NCBI RefSeq assembly: GCF_009914755.1
Contig: NC_060925.1
Reading direction: 5' to 3' (one strand)
Source: the human T2T-CHM13v2.0 reference genome, Homo sapiens
Length of the DNA stretch: 64,000 nt
In this document: one piece after another, positions 1 through 14,020 of the stretch
Numbering within the stretch: the first letter of the stretch is position 1
How the letters are laid out: each line of letters begins with the position of its first letter
Made by a program: the position numbers and the translations under genes
The notes under the pieces: generated by a model
Database searches by the model: none
Seen by the model: the letters and a program-made list of their open reading frames with translations, nothing else
Told to the model about the DNA's origin: nothing

Positions 1-67
1 AGGTTGCCTTTAAGAACGACCTCACTGCTGTGTGCTCTACTGCAACGTTAAAAGAAGAACACATCAT

Positions 68-412
<345 letters not shown>

Positions 413-3400
413 TCAAAAACAAGTGTATGAACTGTGAGCTCAAAAGCCCAAAAGCCTTGCAGTAATCCCAACCACATGTCAAGTCTCAGAAAGTGGGACG
501 GTTTCTCCTTTGGAGTTGGGGAACAAAAAAACACTCCAAGGTGTGCAAAGCCAGCAACTCTCCATGAGAGATGGATGAGCCTTCAATGGTTTCTGCTTTC
601 AAATAATTGTTCAAATGGTCTGCAAGGTATCTTCATTAGCTAAATAAATAACTTTGAGAGCAATTTTTTATTTGTTCAGAGCAGACTTAAAGTAACTATT
701 CCAGGAGTCTTTACTAGGTCAGAGGCTTCAAGGGTAAATTTATGTTACCTTGAAAAACACACATAGCTTTTTGGGTAAAATGCTCTTTTTAAATGAGAGT
801 ATGGTATGCTGTGCCAAAAAAAAAAAAATCGAGTAAGTTGAACCTGAAAAAATGAGTTTTCTTCTTTGTGTTGTTATCCTGACATTTCATTCTTGGTCAC
901 TCAGGCCCCAATTTGCTAATATACTCAAAGCCTGACTCACTTCACATCATTTCATTGTTTGCTCAGAACAGATTGTATAACCAGCAAAGTTAGAAGGTCA
1001 AGTTTATCGATTAAAACCCACAGCAATGAAATATCTGTTAAGCCGGGGTAACTGATTCCCATGTGGCTTAATCCACATAGAATTTTTCCAGATGGAGTGA
1101 TTTTGATAAAAATTTGCAGTACTGTGAGATTTCAACAAAACAAAAATATAAATAGATGCATTATTATTTTAAAATTACAGTGCTCACATTCACAAGTTGA
1201 ATGAATACCTCCACCTCTACATTCTTCCTTCCATTTCTACAGGATCCACAGTAGTTCTCAGCTCTCACTCAAAGGTGGACTAACACAATAATTTTCCAGC
1301 TGGATTCTCTTTCTCAAGTGTTTACATCATAATTGTGTTTTACTCAAACAAAATATCTATTATGCTGCTTCCGTCTTCCTCCATAATCAAACCCAAGCTG
1401 ATCCAAAAAGATGCAGAAGGGATCACCAATATACCAAGGCTCGTTATCCTGAACAATATTTGAAGAGGACAGCCTCATAGTAATGCTAGACAATGTTCAA
1501 TGTAATGATTACCTAAATTCATCACACTGTTATACAACAACATCTTTTGTGGATAAGTTGATAATAGATGTTACCAAATTCTCTATTAGCTAATCTTTTT
1601 TGTCTTTCTAATACAAACTATCTTAACCTTTTTTTTTTTTTTTTAGCATCAGGAACTTTGAGAACAGGATAAAAACTACAGTTACTCTTTCCAGGGGAGA
1701 AGTATCAAAAAGTACCAAATTTTGCATATACTCTCGTTGATTTTTTGGTTAGTGAATCCTTTAATTTAAAATCAAGTCTCCTTGTTTTGGCCAATGTAAC
1801 AGCTATTGTTAGGGTAAAATTGTTCCTCAATAAACAAACAACAAGCAAACATAATACCACATTAGCCAAGAAAGCCTAGGTTCGAGTTTGAGGAAAGTTG
1901 TCTTTAAAAATCTCAAACATATTTTGTCAATCTTATCAATATTTCACCATTTCTTCATATATCTAAGACTGTGTTTCAATAGTTATTGCCAGCTGCAGAG
2001 ATGGTGGAACTGAATGGATAACTTTGAACTTTCCATGCAATGACACTCATAACTGCTGCTTCCCCTGGCAGCTTCTTAATCTGGGGAAGCTCCAGCTGTG
2101 GCTCTCCAGGGTTCTCTGCTTAAGCTCTCTGCAGCTGCTCCTCTCAGTATTGAATGGCTCCAGTCAGCAGTTGAGCTCAGCAATTATAGCCTCCTACAAC
2201 TGCTCCCCAGAGTCCTCCATTTTCCCCATTGCTTCTACATGCTCAAACCACCTCCAAGCCATCTCCAGCTCCGAGGAGCTGTACATTTGAGTATCTCTTT
2301 GTCAGTACTACTTCTAAAGGCCATCTTATGGTAATGCTCTGATTGAGCTATTCCTCTCATCTTGTCCTGTTCCTACTCCTTCCCCACAGTTCTTATTCCA
2401 TTTTATGGAACAAGACAATGCGAGTTTATACATCTAATTGCTTATTCAGCACTTGCTGAGACTTGAAGTAGCTCCTCATTGAGCTCTGAATGACTTACTA
2501 TATACCCTAAGAGTAACTTTCAAGCAGTATACTATGGCTATCACTTCATGCCTTGTAATTAAACCTCAAGCCTATCCACTACTTCACCCCAAAAGCTGGG
2601 TATGATCCTACAGAAAAAGAAGACCTGCCTTATGTGCCCTATATATACATCTGTCCTAGCCCCTACCTAACTTTAGTGCACTCATTTGCCCCCAAGTCAG
2701 TATCCCCCAGCTGATAGGTAATTTCCTTGAAAAGAAGGACTAATTTTTATTTGCAGATCTTTCTTTTCCAACACTTACAACAATGCTTAGCACGAAGCAA
2801 ATGCTCAAAGGATGTGGCTAAGTTGCTTTAGAGTTAGTGTCCAAAATCAGTTAACTGGTTTACTGAAGAGGCACAAATTGCTCTTCACTAGTTTCTCCAC
2901 CCGGCACAGGTGCAGGTGTAAAAATCAAAGCTCAGAATACTTCTAGACAGCTCACAGCTCCCAGGGTAAATATATAATCACAGCTCTACAGCCTCTCTGT
3001 AAGTTATTTTTCTTAAAGTTTCAGTCTGTGTGGTAATGAAAGACTCCTATTTTCACTCATGCCATTGTGTATTTGTAGCTCTAATATTCATTAAGGATGC
3101 AACTGAAATGTTAATGATAATCGCACCCAAAAGCTAATAAAGAGAAGCCCAAGGCTCACATAAATGCCAGCATTTAATAATTATGCATACTTTTAGCTTT
3201 TCCCCAATTTATCTTACTTTCTAATAATTAGTTTAATAAATCTGAGATCCCAATATATGTGTAATTAATTTTAAATTTTGTTTTTAAATTTGCTTTTGAT
3301 ATTCAGGAATGAGACATATTTTTCCTAGAATGTAAGGCAGTAATTATCATTATATAAAATGGTTAACTATATAAAGGATAGAGCTTAAACACTTGCCTTT

Positions 3401-3493
3401 TGCGAATATTTACAACTCAAAACCACTGGAAATTTTAAGAAAAAATCTTTACCAGTTGGGATACAGCCAGGAAAGTAGAAACCAATCTAAGTA

Positions 3494-3833
3494 CATTTGA
3501 CCTTTGAACAATGCAGGTTTAAACTTCAAGAGTCCATGTACACTTGGATTTTCTTTCACCTCTGCCACCAGACACAGCAGGACCAACCCCTCTTCTTTCT
3601 CCTCTGCTTTAGCCTATTCAATGTGAAGATGAGCATAAAGAACTTTATGATGTTCCACTTTTATTTAATGAATACTAAATATATTTTCTCTTTTCTGTGA
3701 TTTTCTTAATAACATTTTCTTCCCTTTAGCTTACTGTATTGTAGGAATACAGTATAGAATACATATATATTCTTATAGATACAGTATAAGAATATATATA
3801 GAATATTATATATATAGAATAGATACAGTACAA

Positions 3834-3870
<37 letters not shown>

Positions 3871-4069
3871 ACCATCGCATGGTTCATACATATACATACA
3901 TATTTTATAACATAAAATATGTGTTAATTGACTATGTATGTTATTGGTAAGGCTTCCAGTTAATAGTAGGCTATTAGTAAAGTTTTTGGGGAGTCAAAGG
4001 TTATGTGCAGATTTTTGACTGTGTAGGAGGTCAGTGTCCCTAACCCTCATGTTGTTCAAGCGTCAACTG
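3494..4069 (+). mobile_element. Tigger2a/MER28 non-autonomous TcMar DNA transposon with an internal AT-rich expansion
   Basis: TIRs CATTTGACCTTTGAACAA ... TTGTTCAAGCGTCAACTG, TA on both sides. Body matches the recalled Tigger2a consensus. Confidence 0.85.
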
Positions 4070-5370
4070 TATTTCAAAAAAAGGATGGTCTAATACAGAG
4101 AAGTTTTTACATACGTGATGAAAGTCTAAGAAGCCAGAGCACATGAAGGAGAGAACCTCAGAGATTTGTAACAAGAAGAAGCCGCTAATACTTTTGTAAG
4201 CAGGTCTCACTGCCAGAGCCCACAGGTCAGGACTGTTCAATAGCAGCTAGGCCCATGACATGGGGTTTCCCAGTGTGAGCTGTGCCAATAGGAGGATGGG
4301 CTGTCCAGCTGAACCTGGAGCCAAGGAAATAAAAGGCTTTGGAGGAGACACCGCCTGTGACAATAAGAGAGAGGAAAATAGCCTGATTTCTCTCTTTCTC
4401 CAGTCTACAATCACTCTCTTGCCAGTATCTCCCATTGAGTGAACCCTGCCAGAAACTAAAAAACATAGTAGGCTGGGAATGCACCTTCTGGTGTGGGGGC
4501 AACATAGAGCATAGCAAGAGAGGTGCAGAGAATAGCTTTGAGATCAAATAGGCAAAAATGAGTGCATAATATCTTTCCGTTAATTTTAGGTAGAAGTTTT
4601 CAAAAAATATACGATTATTTTCAATTATGTTCAAAACCTTAACATTGGTATAAATTTGTTATATCCTTTTCACATAGAATTTCTCCATGAGAAGGGTAAT
4701 TAATTTTGTTGATATTTTACAGTCTAACTTTGTTGTCTAAATTCTTAGTAAAGATCACTTGGAATCAGTGAGAGCAATATCAATTGCATCCTAATTCAAA
4801 AGGAGAAAGAAGAAAGGACCTATATGTACACTATTAGCACTTTGGAAAAAGAAAGATTATAACTCAGATTGAATATCTACTCTGAGTTGGACACTTCAAG
4901 AAATATATATCTAATTGTTTTTTAGATTTTTATAGCAAACCAGAGAGCTGGGGATTACTTTTTACTTCTCAGAGGATGGAGGTGAGTGTTAAATAGATGA
5001 AGACAGTTGACCAAGTTCATATGCTTTATAAATATTAAAAGTGAATGTGACTTGAGGTCAATCTAATACTTATGCCATGCTAAACTACTTAAGAAAAAGA
5101 ATACTGATCTTTACTAGTGTCAACAGGGGAAACAGACCAGAGAGAAAAAATACAGAAGAATTTTCTCTGGTCATTGGCTGGTTTATACTCTAAGAGACTT
5201 CACTCCTTCACTCTATCATCCATTAAATATTTATTTCAGCCCCTTTTATATGCAGCCCCTGTTCTGCTCACTCAGGTTAGGTCAGTAAGATAGATACGAT
5301 CCATATTTTCATGGAGCTTTTCACAACCCGCCATGCATTTGAAAATTAAAGCATTTGTCTTCTATTCCAT

Positions 5371-5499
5371 CAGTGGTTCTCAACTAGGGGTGATTTTCGC
5401 CCCAGCAGACATTTAAGTGTCACAAGCAGGGAATGCTGCTAGTGTCCATATGTTGAGGCCAGGGCACCTTACACTTGGACAGCGATACACACACACACA

Positions 5500-5532
<33 letters not shown>

Positions 5533-5575
5533 TCACATGGCCAAAATGTCAATAGTACTGAGGTTAAGAAACTTA
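5371..5575 (+). mobile_element. MER20 (hAT-Charlie) with an internal (CA)/(CT) microsatellite
   Basis: Starts CAGTGGTTCTCAACTAGGGGTGATTTT and ends GGCCAAAATGTCAATAGTACTGAGGTTAAGAAAC. Confidence 0.8.
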
Positions 5576-5639
5576 TTCTAGATGGATATAAAGGTGCCTT
5601 TATTTTAGAGTGTGTATATGTGTGAATGTGCACGGGGAG

Positions 5640-6402
5640 TGTATTAGTTTTCCTATTGGCTGCCATAACAAATTATTACAAATTTAGTGGCTTAAAACAA
5701 CACAAGTGTATCTTACATGTCTGTTAGGGTAGACATGTCTCACTCAGCTATACTCGAGGTGTTGGCAGGGCTGAAGTCCCTTCTGGAGTTTCTAGAGGAG
5801 ATTTCATTTCCTTGACTTTCCTGGCTTCTAAAGTCTATCCATATTCCTTGGCTCAGGGTCCCCTTCCTCTATCATTAAATCCAGCCATTGTAGGTTGAGT
5901 CCTTCTTCAGCACATCAATCTGGCCTACATCAGCAGTCAGCTCCCTCTGACCATTCTTTTGCCTTCCTCTTCCACTTTTAAGGTCCCATGTGATTTCACT
6001 GGGCCTGACTGGATAAGCAAAGTTAATAGGCACTTTCTTTTTTTTTTTCTTTTTTTGTGGCAGGGTCTCGTTCTGTCACCCAGGCTGGAGTGCAGTGGCA
6101 CGATCACCACTCACTGTAGCCTCCACCTTTTGTGCCCAAGCAATCCTCTCACCTCAGCCTCCAAAGTAGCTGGGACCACAGCAGCTATTTAAAAAAAAAT
6201 TGTAGAAATAGGGTCTCCCCGTGTTGTCCAGGATGGTCTCAAGTGATCCTCCTGCTTCGTTCTTCCAAAGTGCTGGGATTATAGGCTAGCCCTGTCTTAA
6301 AATCAGATTACATTTTTCCTTGCCACTTAACCTAACAAATTCATTGGTTCTGGAGATGAGGATGTAGTCACATTGGGAGACTGTATCATTCGGTCTACCA
6401 CA
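5640..6402 (-). mobile_element. MLT1-family MaLR LTR interrupted by an Alu
   Basis: Terminus TGTATTAGTTTTCCTATTGGCTGCCATAACAAATTA...GTGGCTTAAAACAACAC; other end ...CTACCACA. Confidence 0.75.
6034..6286 (-). mobile_element. Diverged AluJ with internal deletions
   Basis: Poly(T) followed by CAGGGTCTCGTTCTGTCACCCAGGCTGGAGTGCAGTGG. Confidence 0.85.
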
Positions 6403-9400
6403 AGGGGTAATGAATGAATGTAGGTGCAACATTTAGCAAAGTTATTTGCACATAGTTGGTATTGAATTAAAGTGAGACTTCATAAGTCTTTATTGACATA
6501 AACTGAAGTCATCCTGCCTGCTCTTTTAAAATGGGCTCACTTAAAATGAACAACTCCTAAGCAGAGTGAATAACAACACATCTCACTTTATTCTGCACTA
6601 ATAAATAGCTGCAAAATCTGTCCTTCCTCAAGTCTTCAATATTTCATTTAAAAAAGGGTCCATCCACCCATTTGTTCAAGTCAAAACCTAAAAGAATGAG
6701 CAAAATCCTCAGATAAAATTTTAATTGTGTAACTGTTGGCTCTTTTTAAATGTTAAACTCTTGTTTGGGTTTGGCATTAGAAACGATTGGCTACAGTCTT
6801 TGTAGCTAACTCTGTCCCATGTAAAGTATATTTTTCCTCAAAATAACATTGCTAGGGTAGAATATATTTTGTAGAATGCTGGTGTCTTATTTGTTACTTT
6901 TTACTACAACACGCATTCACTATTCTACACTTGTGAAAATATGGAAATTATAGAGAATAAGAAGGTTTTGGCCTCAAATAAAAATAAGCAATCTAAGTCA
7001 TGAATGTCTAACTAATCCTTTTTTTTTTTCTTATTATGTCAGCATTCACGGTCTTATGTGTCCTAAAGATAGCATCAACATACTAAGTCACAGCTTAAGC
7101 AAAACGATTGGCATGAAGCTAGGCAGAAAGAAATACGTGCATTTATAAAAACAATAAAACTCTACTGAGTTTCTAACATTTGTCAGACACCATCCTGGTT
7201 GAGAGTCAAAAAATAAAATAAAATAAAATAAGACCTAGTCATCACGCTCAAGAAGTTGACTTGAGATCTTTCTTGGAGTCCACAAATAGATTTACGGTGT
7301 TCATAAGCCTGTGCTCATGTAAAGAAGTATGCTAAAGGTATGTGTATTTTTCCAGAGAAGGGGTCTACAAATTTCATCAGATTTTCAAATGGGTTCATGA
7401 CCACAAACTGTTTAAGGGCCACTTGTCCAAATGCAAACCTGCAAATGCGGGCTAGAAAACTGACAACTTAGTGCAGGTGCATGGTCCCTTTTTCCCCGAA
7501 TCTTTCCACTTCTAACCTCTTGCTAGATTACTAACCAGAAGATGCTGAAGGGATGGGTGGCGAAGTATGGGAAGAGAGATATTGGAACATAGCCTCACTC
7601 TAATTCTGCAAACTAAGCTTTGCCACCAGTTTTAATTGTGTCCATTTTCTTGTTGGTGCTACATATGATTAATCCTTATTTTTCTACTACAGATCATAGA
7701 GTAAACAATATTAGCAGATTCCAATTTTCTCCTGCAAAATGTTATCTTTGCTTTACATAATGGTTACAAGGAGTATTGTCAGTTGGCATTTAACTAATGA
7801 AAACAGTAAATTCCTAATTGCCTTTATAGTGATATCTTAATTATATACATGATTTGGGAAAAAAAAAAAGAAAAATTATTTCATAGATCAAATCCCATTA
7901 AAACGACTCCAAGAAGAAAAGTTATTTCACCAGACATAGGTTTTATTTGCAGTGTTTCTTAAAATAAATGTGCCAGCTAGAGGTTAGTAATCTTTTATTT
8001 ATAGAGAGATTTTCATAGTGATAGTGTACATTGCACTGGGATTTGACATGTATTACTTACACAGTTATTTTCTTTGTTTTTTTTAAGAGAAAATGAATAT
8101 ACTCCAAGATAGGCAACAAATATAACCACTTTCCAATACAGATTTCACATGCAAAACTAAGAATTACTACCAAGAACATGAAAATGTGATCAGTCTGCTG
8201 AGCTCTGACATACTTATCAAACTCTGTGCTTCAGGAATTGTAAGAAACATCCATTAATCATTAAAGGGACTTTTAAAAGCAGCAAATCTTGCTGAAAGGG
8301 ATAATTACTTTAAATTATTTTCAAATTGTAATTTTGGACTGTGTGTTATCAAAAACAGAAATACTGCCTTAGTCTCCAAATGAATAATATATAATATTCT
8401 TCTTCTTTCTTATATATCCTATTCCCAGATATGTTTTTATGGAATACTTGCCACTCTAATTCAAGCTGAAAACTTGAAAAAAAAAAGGATAAAGTAGGGC
8501 AACATTTCTCCTCATCAACACTGACCACAAGCTGTATAATTATTTGATTTTTGGCCCTCTTCTACCACCCTCTCAACATATTATTCATCTCATGAGTAGA
8601 TCCAAGACACTGAATTAGAATCTTCCTTGCTGGTATAATTTCCTAGTTAGCAAAGATGCTTATTTAAATTCCAATAGTGCTCCTCCTTTCTGCTATGAAC
8701 TCACAAAGTTCCTTCTATAGGAAAAAAAAAAAGAGATGACTCAGATGGAAGCCGACAATGTGTGGTGGCTATCAATATGATTTTTTTTTTTTGGCTCTTC
8801 CCTACTTGTCTTTCATTGGCAAGTAACAACAAATTGAAAATGTAAAAGAAAATATTATCAACTTAGTAATTCCCTTTGTGTAGAGTAAGAAGTGCATTAT
8901 GGATTTTGGCACAGTTTTGATCTAAAGTATTGTTCTAATATCAGACCTTACATTAGGCAATACATAAAACTTCATGTGATAATTTTGCTTAGGAATATAT
9001 GATCTATATATTTACATAGAAAATCTTTTGGAAGTAAAATACTATTTACTGAAATCTACTTTCTCTTTCTGCTACTTCTTTATTCCCAACTGTAGAAAAG
9101 TAATGTTCAATAATTCTGAATATTAGAATATTTAGAACAAAAAAATGTGTATTCTGGAAGACAAGCTGGTATTCAAACAAGAATTTTACTAAAAGTAGCT
9201 CAATTCACCTTATATCTTATAAATCATAGTAGCTAAACCCATAACCTAATGAATGTCAATATATTCACAGAAAAGTGAGATAATGAATTCCTAGAATCTG
9301 GTCTGATATATCCTGCCATGTAACCATAGCAATTCTAGCCAGAAGGGATTGTGTGAAAAGAAAGCTGAAAATGTCCACCTGAAAAATGCATTAATTTTTT

Positions 9401-9471
9401 AATTGTTATGCAAGATTTCCTTGCCTAAAAAAGCTTACCCCACATAAGCACAGATGGTGAACCTGAGTTTT

Positions 9472-9635
9472 TCTGTCAAGGTATATTTGGGGAAATAATC
9501 TTGGATCTAAATTTGTCTGTGAAGGTATATTTGGGAAAATAATCTTAGATCTGAATTTGTCTGTGAAGGTACATTTGGGAAAACAACCTTGATTCTGAAT
9601 TTGTCTGTGAAGGTATATTTGTGGAAATAATCTTG
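9472..9635. repeat. 44-bp minisatellite, ~3.7 copies
   Basis: Unit TCTGTGAAGGTATATTTGGGAAAATAATCTTAGATCTGAATTTG starting at 9472, 9516, 9560 and 9604. Confidence 0.95.
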
Positions 9636-9828
9636 CTAAAGTCTAAGATCACGAATGACACCTGAAAAACTTACTTTTCCCAAGTTTCCCAAATTAGGCA
9701 TAACTATTCTAAATTGTTTAGATATCAGACCATTGTCTCTCTAGACCTCAATAATACTGCTTCATATAGTTCAACAGATTAAATATTTCCTACTGGATAA
9801 AGTACCTGGGGAATATAATGGTAGTCCT

Positions 9829-9946
9829 GGCCAGGCGTAGGGGCTCATGTCAGTAATCCCAGCACTTTGGGAGGCTGGCCGAGGTGGGTAGATCGCCTGA
9901 GCCCAGGCGTTTGAGACCAGCATGGGCAACATGGCAAGACCCAATC

Positions 9947-9983
<37 letters not shown>

Positions 9984-10157
9984 CCAGGCAGAGTGGTGTG
10001 CACCTGTAGTCCCAGTTACATGAGAGGCTGAGGTGGGAGGATCACCTGAGGCCAGGGAGGTTGAGGCTGCAGTAGGCCAAGACTGAGCCACTACACTTCA
10101 GCCTGGACACAGAGTGAGATGCTGTCTCAGGAAAAAATAAATAAATAAATAAATAAA
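9829..10157 (+). mobile_element. AluJ with an expanded central A-run and (TAAA)n tail
   Basis: Alu dimer with J-type features; ~33 A's in the linker. Confidence 0.9.
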
Positions 10158-11497
10158 TACACACACACACACACACACACGTATATATATACACACACAC
10201 ATATGTACATATATGTATATATACACACATATGTATATATACACATATGTATATATACACACATATGTATATATACACACATATGTGTATATACACATAT
10301 GTATATATGTATATATACACACATATGTGTATATACACATATGTATATATGTATATATACACACATATGTGTATATACACATATGTATATATGTATATAT
10401 ACACACATATGTGTATATACACATATGTATATATGTATATATACACACATATGTGTATATACACATATGTATATATGTATATATACACACATATGTGTAT
10501 ATACACATATGTATATATGTATATATACACACATATGTGTATATACACATATGTATATATGTATATATACACACATATGTGTATATACACATATGTATAT
10601 ATGTATATATACACACATATGTGTATATACACATATGTATATATGTATATATACACACATATGTGTATATACACATATGTATATATGTATATATACACAC
10701 ATATGTGTATATACACATATGTATATATGTATATATACACACATATGTGTATATACACATATGTATATATGTATATATACACACATATGTGTATATACGT
10801 ATATGTATATATGTATATATACACACATATGTGTATATACGTATATGTATATATGTATATATACACACATATGTGTATATACGTATATGTATATATGTAT
10901 ATATACACACATATGTGTATATACGTATATGTATATATGTATATATACACACATATGTGTATATACGTATATGTATATATGTATATATACACACATATGT
11001 GTATATACGTATATGTATATATGTATATATACACACATATGTATATACGTATATATGTATATATACACACATATGTATATACGTATATATGTATATATAC
11101 ACACATATGTATATACGTATATATGTATATATACACACATATGTATATACGTATATATGTATATATACACACATATGTATATACGTATATATGTATATAT
11201 ACACACATATGTATATATGTATATATACACACATATGTATATACGTATATATGTATATATACACACATGTGTATATATATACACACATATGTATATATGT
11301 ATATATACACACATATGTATATATGTGTATGTATATATACACACATATGTATATATACACATATATATGTATATATACACACATACTTATATATACACAT
11401 ATATATGTATATATACACATATGTATACATGTGTATATATATACACACATCTATACACATATATATACACATATGTGTATATATATACCTATATATA
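10158..11497. repeat. Alternating purine-pyrimidine VNTR (42-bp and 34-bp units)
   Basis: 12 copies of ACATATGTGTATATACACATATGTATATATGTATATATACAC (10279-10782), 6 copies of an ACGT variant (10783-11034), 5 copies of a 34-mer (11035-11204), then degenerate sequence. This explains the six-frame stop-free ORFs. Confidence 0.97.
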
Positions 11498-13596
11498 TTT
11501 TTTTTCCTGAGACAGCATCTCACTGTTTTATATATATATAAAATGATCGTCCTGTTAACTAATGAGGCATATCTTCCAAAATGCTAATAAGATCCTGTCT
11601 TCATAAATTGCAAAACTGGACATTTCAGATCAATAGAAATAGAAAAATGCAATGCAATGTTCTTAGGCCTAGTTCCATTGTTACTACTTCATTGTGGGGA
11701 AAATTTGTAGGGACTAATACAGTCTTATTGTTATCGGTAATTGAACTTACTTGGTCTTTCACCCTGTGATCAGTAGTCAGGTATTGATTAGTCTGCCTGA
11801 GCTCAGTATAATTTGTCTTCCATTGGACCTGCACTATAATGTAAATGGGGTAAGTAAATAATGATTTATGGTAGAACAGGTCGAAATCCCCTGCAAAGGG
11901 AATAAGAATGAGTATGTATACCCCTATCCATGTAACATTTATCTTAAATATTTGAGATCACTTTTAGCCAAATTATAGAGAGCAAATAATAAGCATTTTC
12001 TTACAAGCAGATAACAGGTATTTATCATATATGTTCTTAGAAATGTAGCTTTGTTATCTAGTTATTGATATAAAGAAGCTATAGATCATGTACAAAAAAA
12101 CATGGACAATTTTGGGACACCTACTCCTAGTTTTTACTGGTAGTAGCTCCACTAACAAGTTATCTTTTTTCATTTATCTAAGATTATGTTTTGTAAGTAT
12201 GAAGGTGCATTCCTTAAAGATAAAGATATTTTGGGTAGGGTAACGACACATAACGGGTTATTAAGCCATTTTTATTTCATATGGTTTATTATTGTTTCCA
12301 TGCTAAAAATATTAACAGCATGAGGTTTGAATCTTTGTCCATTTCTTTGTGTTTTAGAGCATGTCCAAGATTGGGTTCCCATGTATAATCTTGATCTCCT
12401 CCACAGGTAAAAATAGATCCTGAATAAAACAGACTAGGATCCAATATGAGAGTCTTGTCATGAGCCATTATTGCATCCAGACAATGACTGTTTCAACATC
12501 TGTAGCTCTGTAAAATTTTTGTTAGTGGCGATAATTTTTCTTTGGTTTCATTTTTTGACTTGTTGAAAATTTTGAAATTTTCACTGTTGCAGCACAATGG
12601 CTTGAATTGTCCAATGTATGTAGTATTTTTTCATGCTTTTTTCACCATTACTGTTTTTTTTTTTTTCTTCTTTTGGTCTTTTGGGAAAAGCAGGCCCATG
12701 TCCTGTGATGCTGTTTATTCCCATCAGCTCAAACTGGAACAGAGTGTGGTGTCCTTCTCTTTCAGTGTGCACCTTGTCAAGGCCTTAGTATTCATTGAAA
12801 GGATGTTAACATTAGGCAAAGATGTGCTAATCTTTGGAGAATATGGCTTTATACTTGTGGCCACATAGAGTAATTGCTCTCCAGATAATCATTGGTAAGT
12901 ATAACTTTGAAGTATCTGCACTTGAATTCCTATTCAACGACTAATTGGGAGAAATAATATTTGTGGAGTTTTGCCTAAGAAGGATAGGTTCTAAAATTTA
13001 TTCATAGATTAAGGTGGTAATCAAAAAGCTATCTCCCTGTTATTGGAATGGCATCTTATTGAATTTATTTTTAAATTTTTTTTTTACTTCCCTGCTCTTC
13101 AGGTTATATTGAAAGCTGTTATAAGTAAAAGCCTTATGAATGAATGCTATGTGTACCAAAGAGATGTTCCTTATACCTCACCGTGATGCTCTGAGATAGC
13201 TCATGGCAGAAATGCTACTTTATTCTGAATAACAGGATCAGAGTACTGAGAAAAGTAAGTTTTAACCTATGAACTATGAAATGAATAACTGATTCTGTTT
13301 CTCTAGATATATTGGCTTTCAGAAATCTTAGAAATAAATTTTTGACATGCTCTGAAAGTATATGAAAATCATATTACAAATTTTATGATCTAACCTCACC
13401 TCTGACTGCATCCTACTCTTCTCTTGTTTATTTTGTTCTTCCTATCTATCTTGGTGTTCTGAATACTCCTCCATAAGCCACTTCAAATCCGTTTTAACAT
13501 AAAATAGAATATTAATAATAAATGATGTTTGAATGCCTTTTCACTTTATAAAGGCTTTCTCAAAACAATGACTAAGCAAGAGATATGGATCTGATG

Positions 13597-14020
13597 TTGT
13601 CATACTTTAGGATCTTTGTGAAACGAATTCAAACAAGACAGAGTTTAGAGTGCAAGATGCTTATTAGGAAATATCCTTGTGATCAGCCGCTGGGGACGGA
13701 AGAAGAAGGAGATGGGTTTGAATATAGTAAGAAGTAGAGCTGCAATGGAGTCTGGACAATAGCCTCAGCTGCCCATGAGGAGCTCTGAACCTAAAATGGC
13801 CCATCAAAGCTGTCCTACATTGGGCTAAAAGGAAAAGGTCTTTATACTCCTTGCCTCAAGCAGTCATTGGGTGTTGGCTGCTCTAGGCAGGGCTTGACTT
13901 CAGCAAGGAGGCTCTCTGCAGCTGAGGCTATCCTCAAAAGGGCCCGGAATGTTGTCTTCTAACTACACTCCCAGGTTCTAGAGAAATAAGCCCACCCTTG
14001 ATAAGGGAAGTGTAGCACCC
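13597..14020 (-). mobile_element. ERVL-type LTR remnant (LTR16-like)
   Basis: Motifs such as GGAGCTCTGAA...GGCCCATCAAAGCTGTCC...CAGTCATTGG...GGCTCTCTGCAGCTGAGG resemble LTR16. Ends approximate. Confidence 0.55.

Noticed and set aside
4080-4560. Possible old LTR remnant overlapping ORF 4227-4634
   Set aside because: Probably an ERVL/MaLR fragment, but family and ends could not be fixed. The ORF has no recognisable homology.
9472-9635. CRISPR-like regular repeats
   Set aside because: Contiguous tandem units without unique spacers, in human intronic DNA with no cas genes.
10113-11524. Novel TIR DNA transposon carrying a microsatellite
   Set aside because: The left 'TIR' is an integral part of the Alu 3' end and no TSD flanks the pair. 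Template switching is the simpler explanation.
10042-11587. Six ORFs of 417-493 aa in all frames
   Set aside because: Alternating RY sequence cannot contain TAA, TAG or TGA, so it is open in every frame. The translations are pure Y/I/H/T/C/V/M repeats.
12300-12900. Possible decayed coding or retroelement sequence (ORFs 12542-12868 and 12581-12772)
   Set aside because: No recognisable protein motif; could not be assigned without a search.
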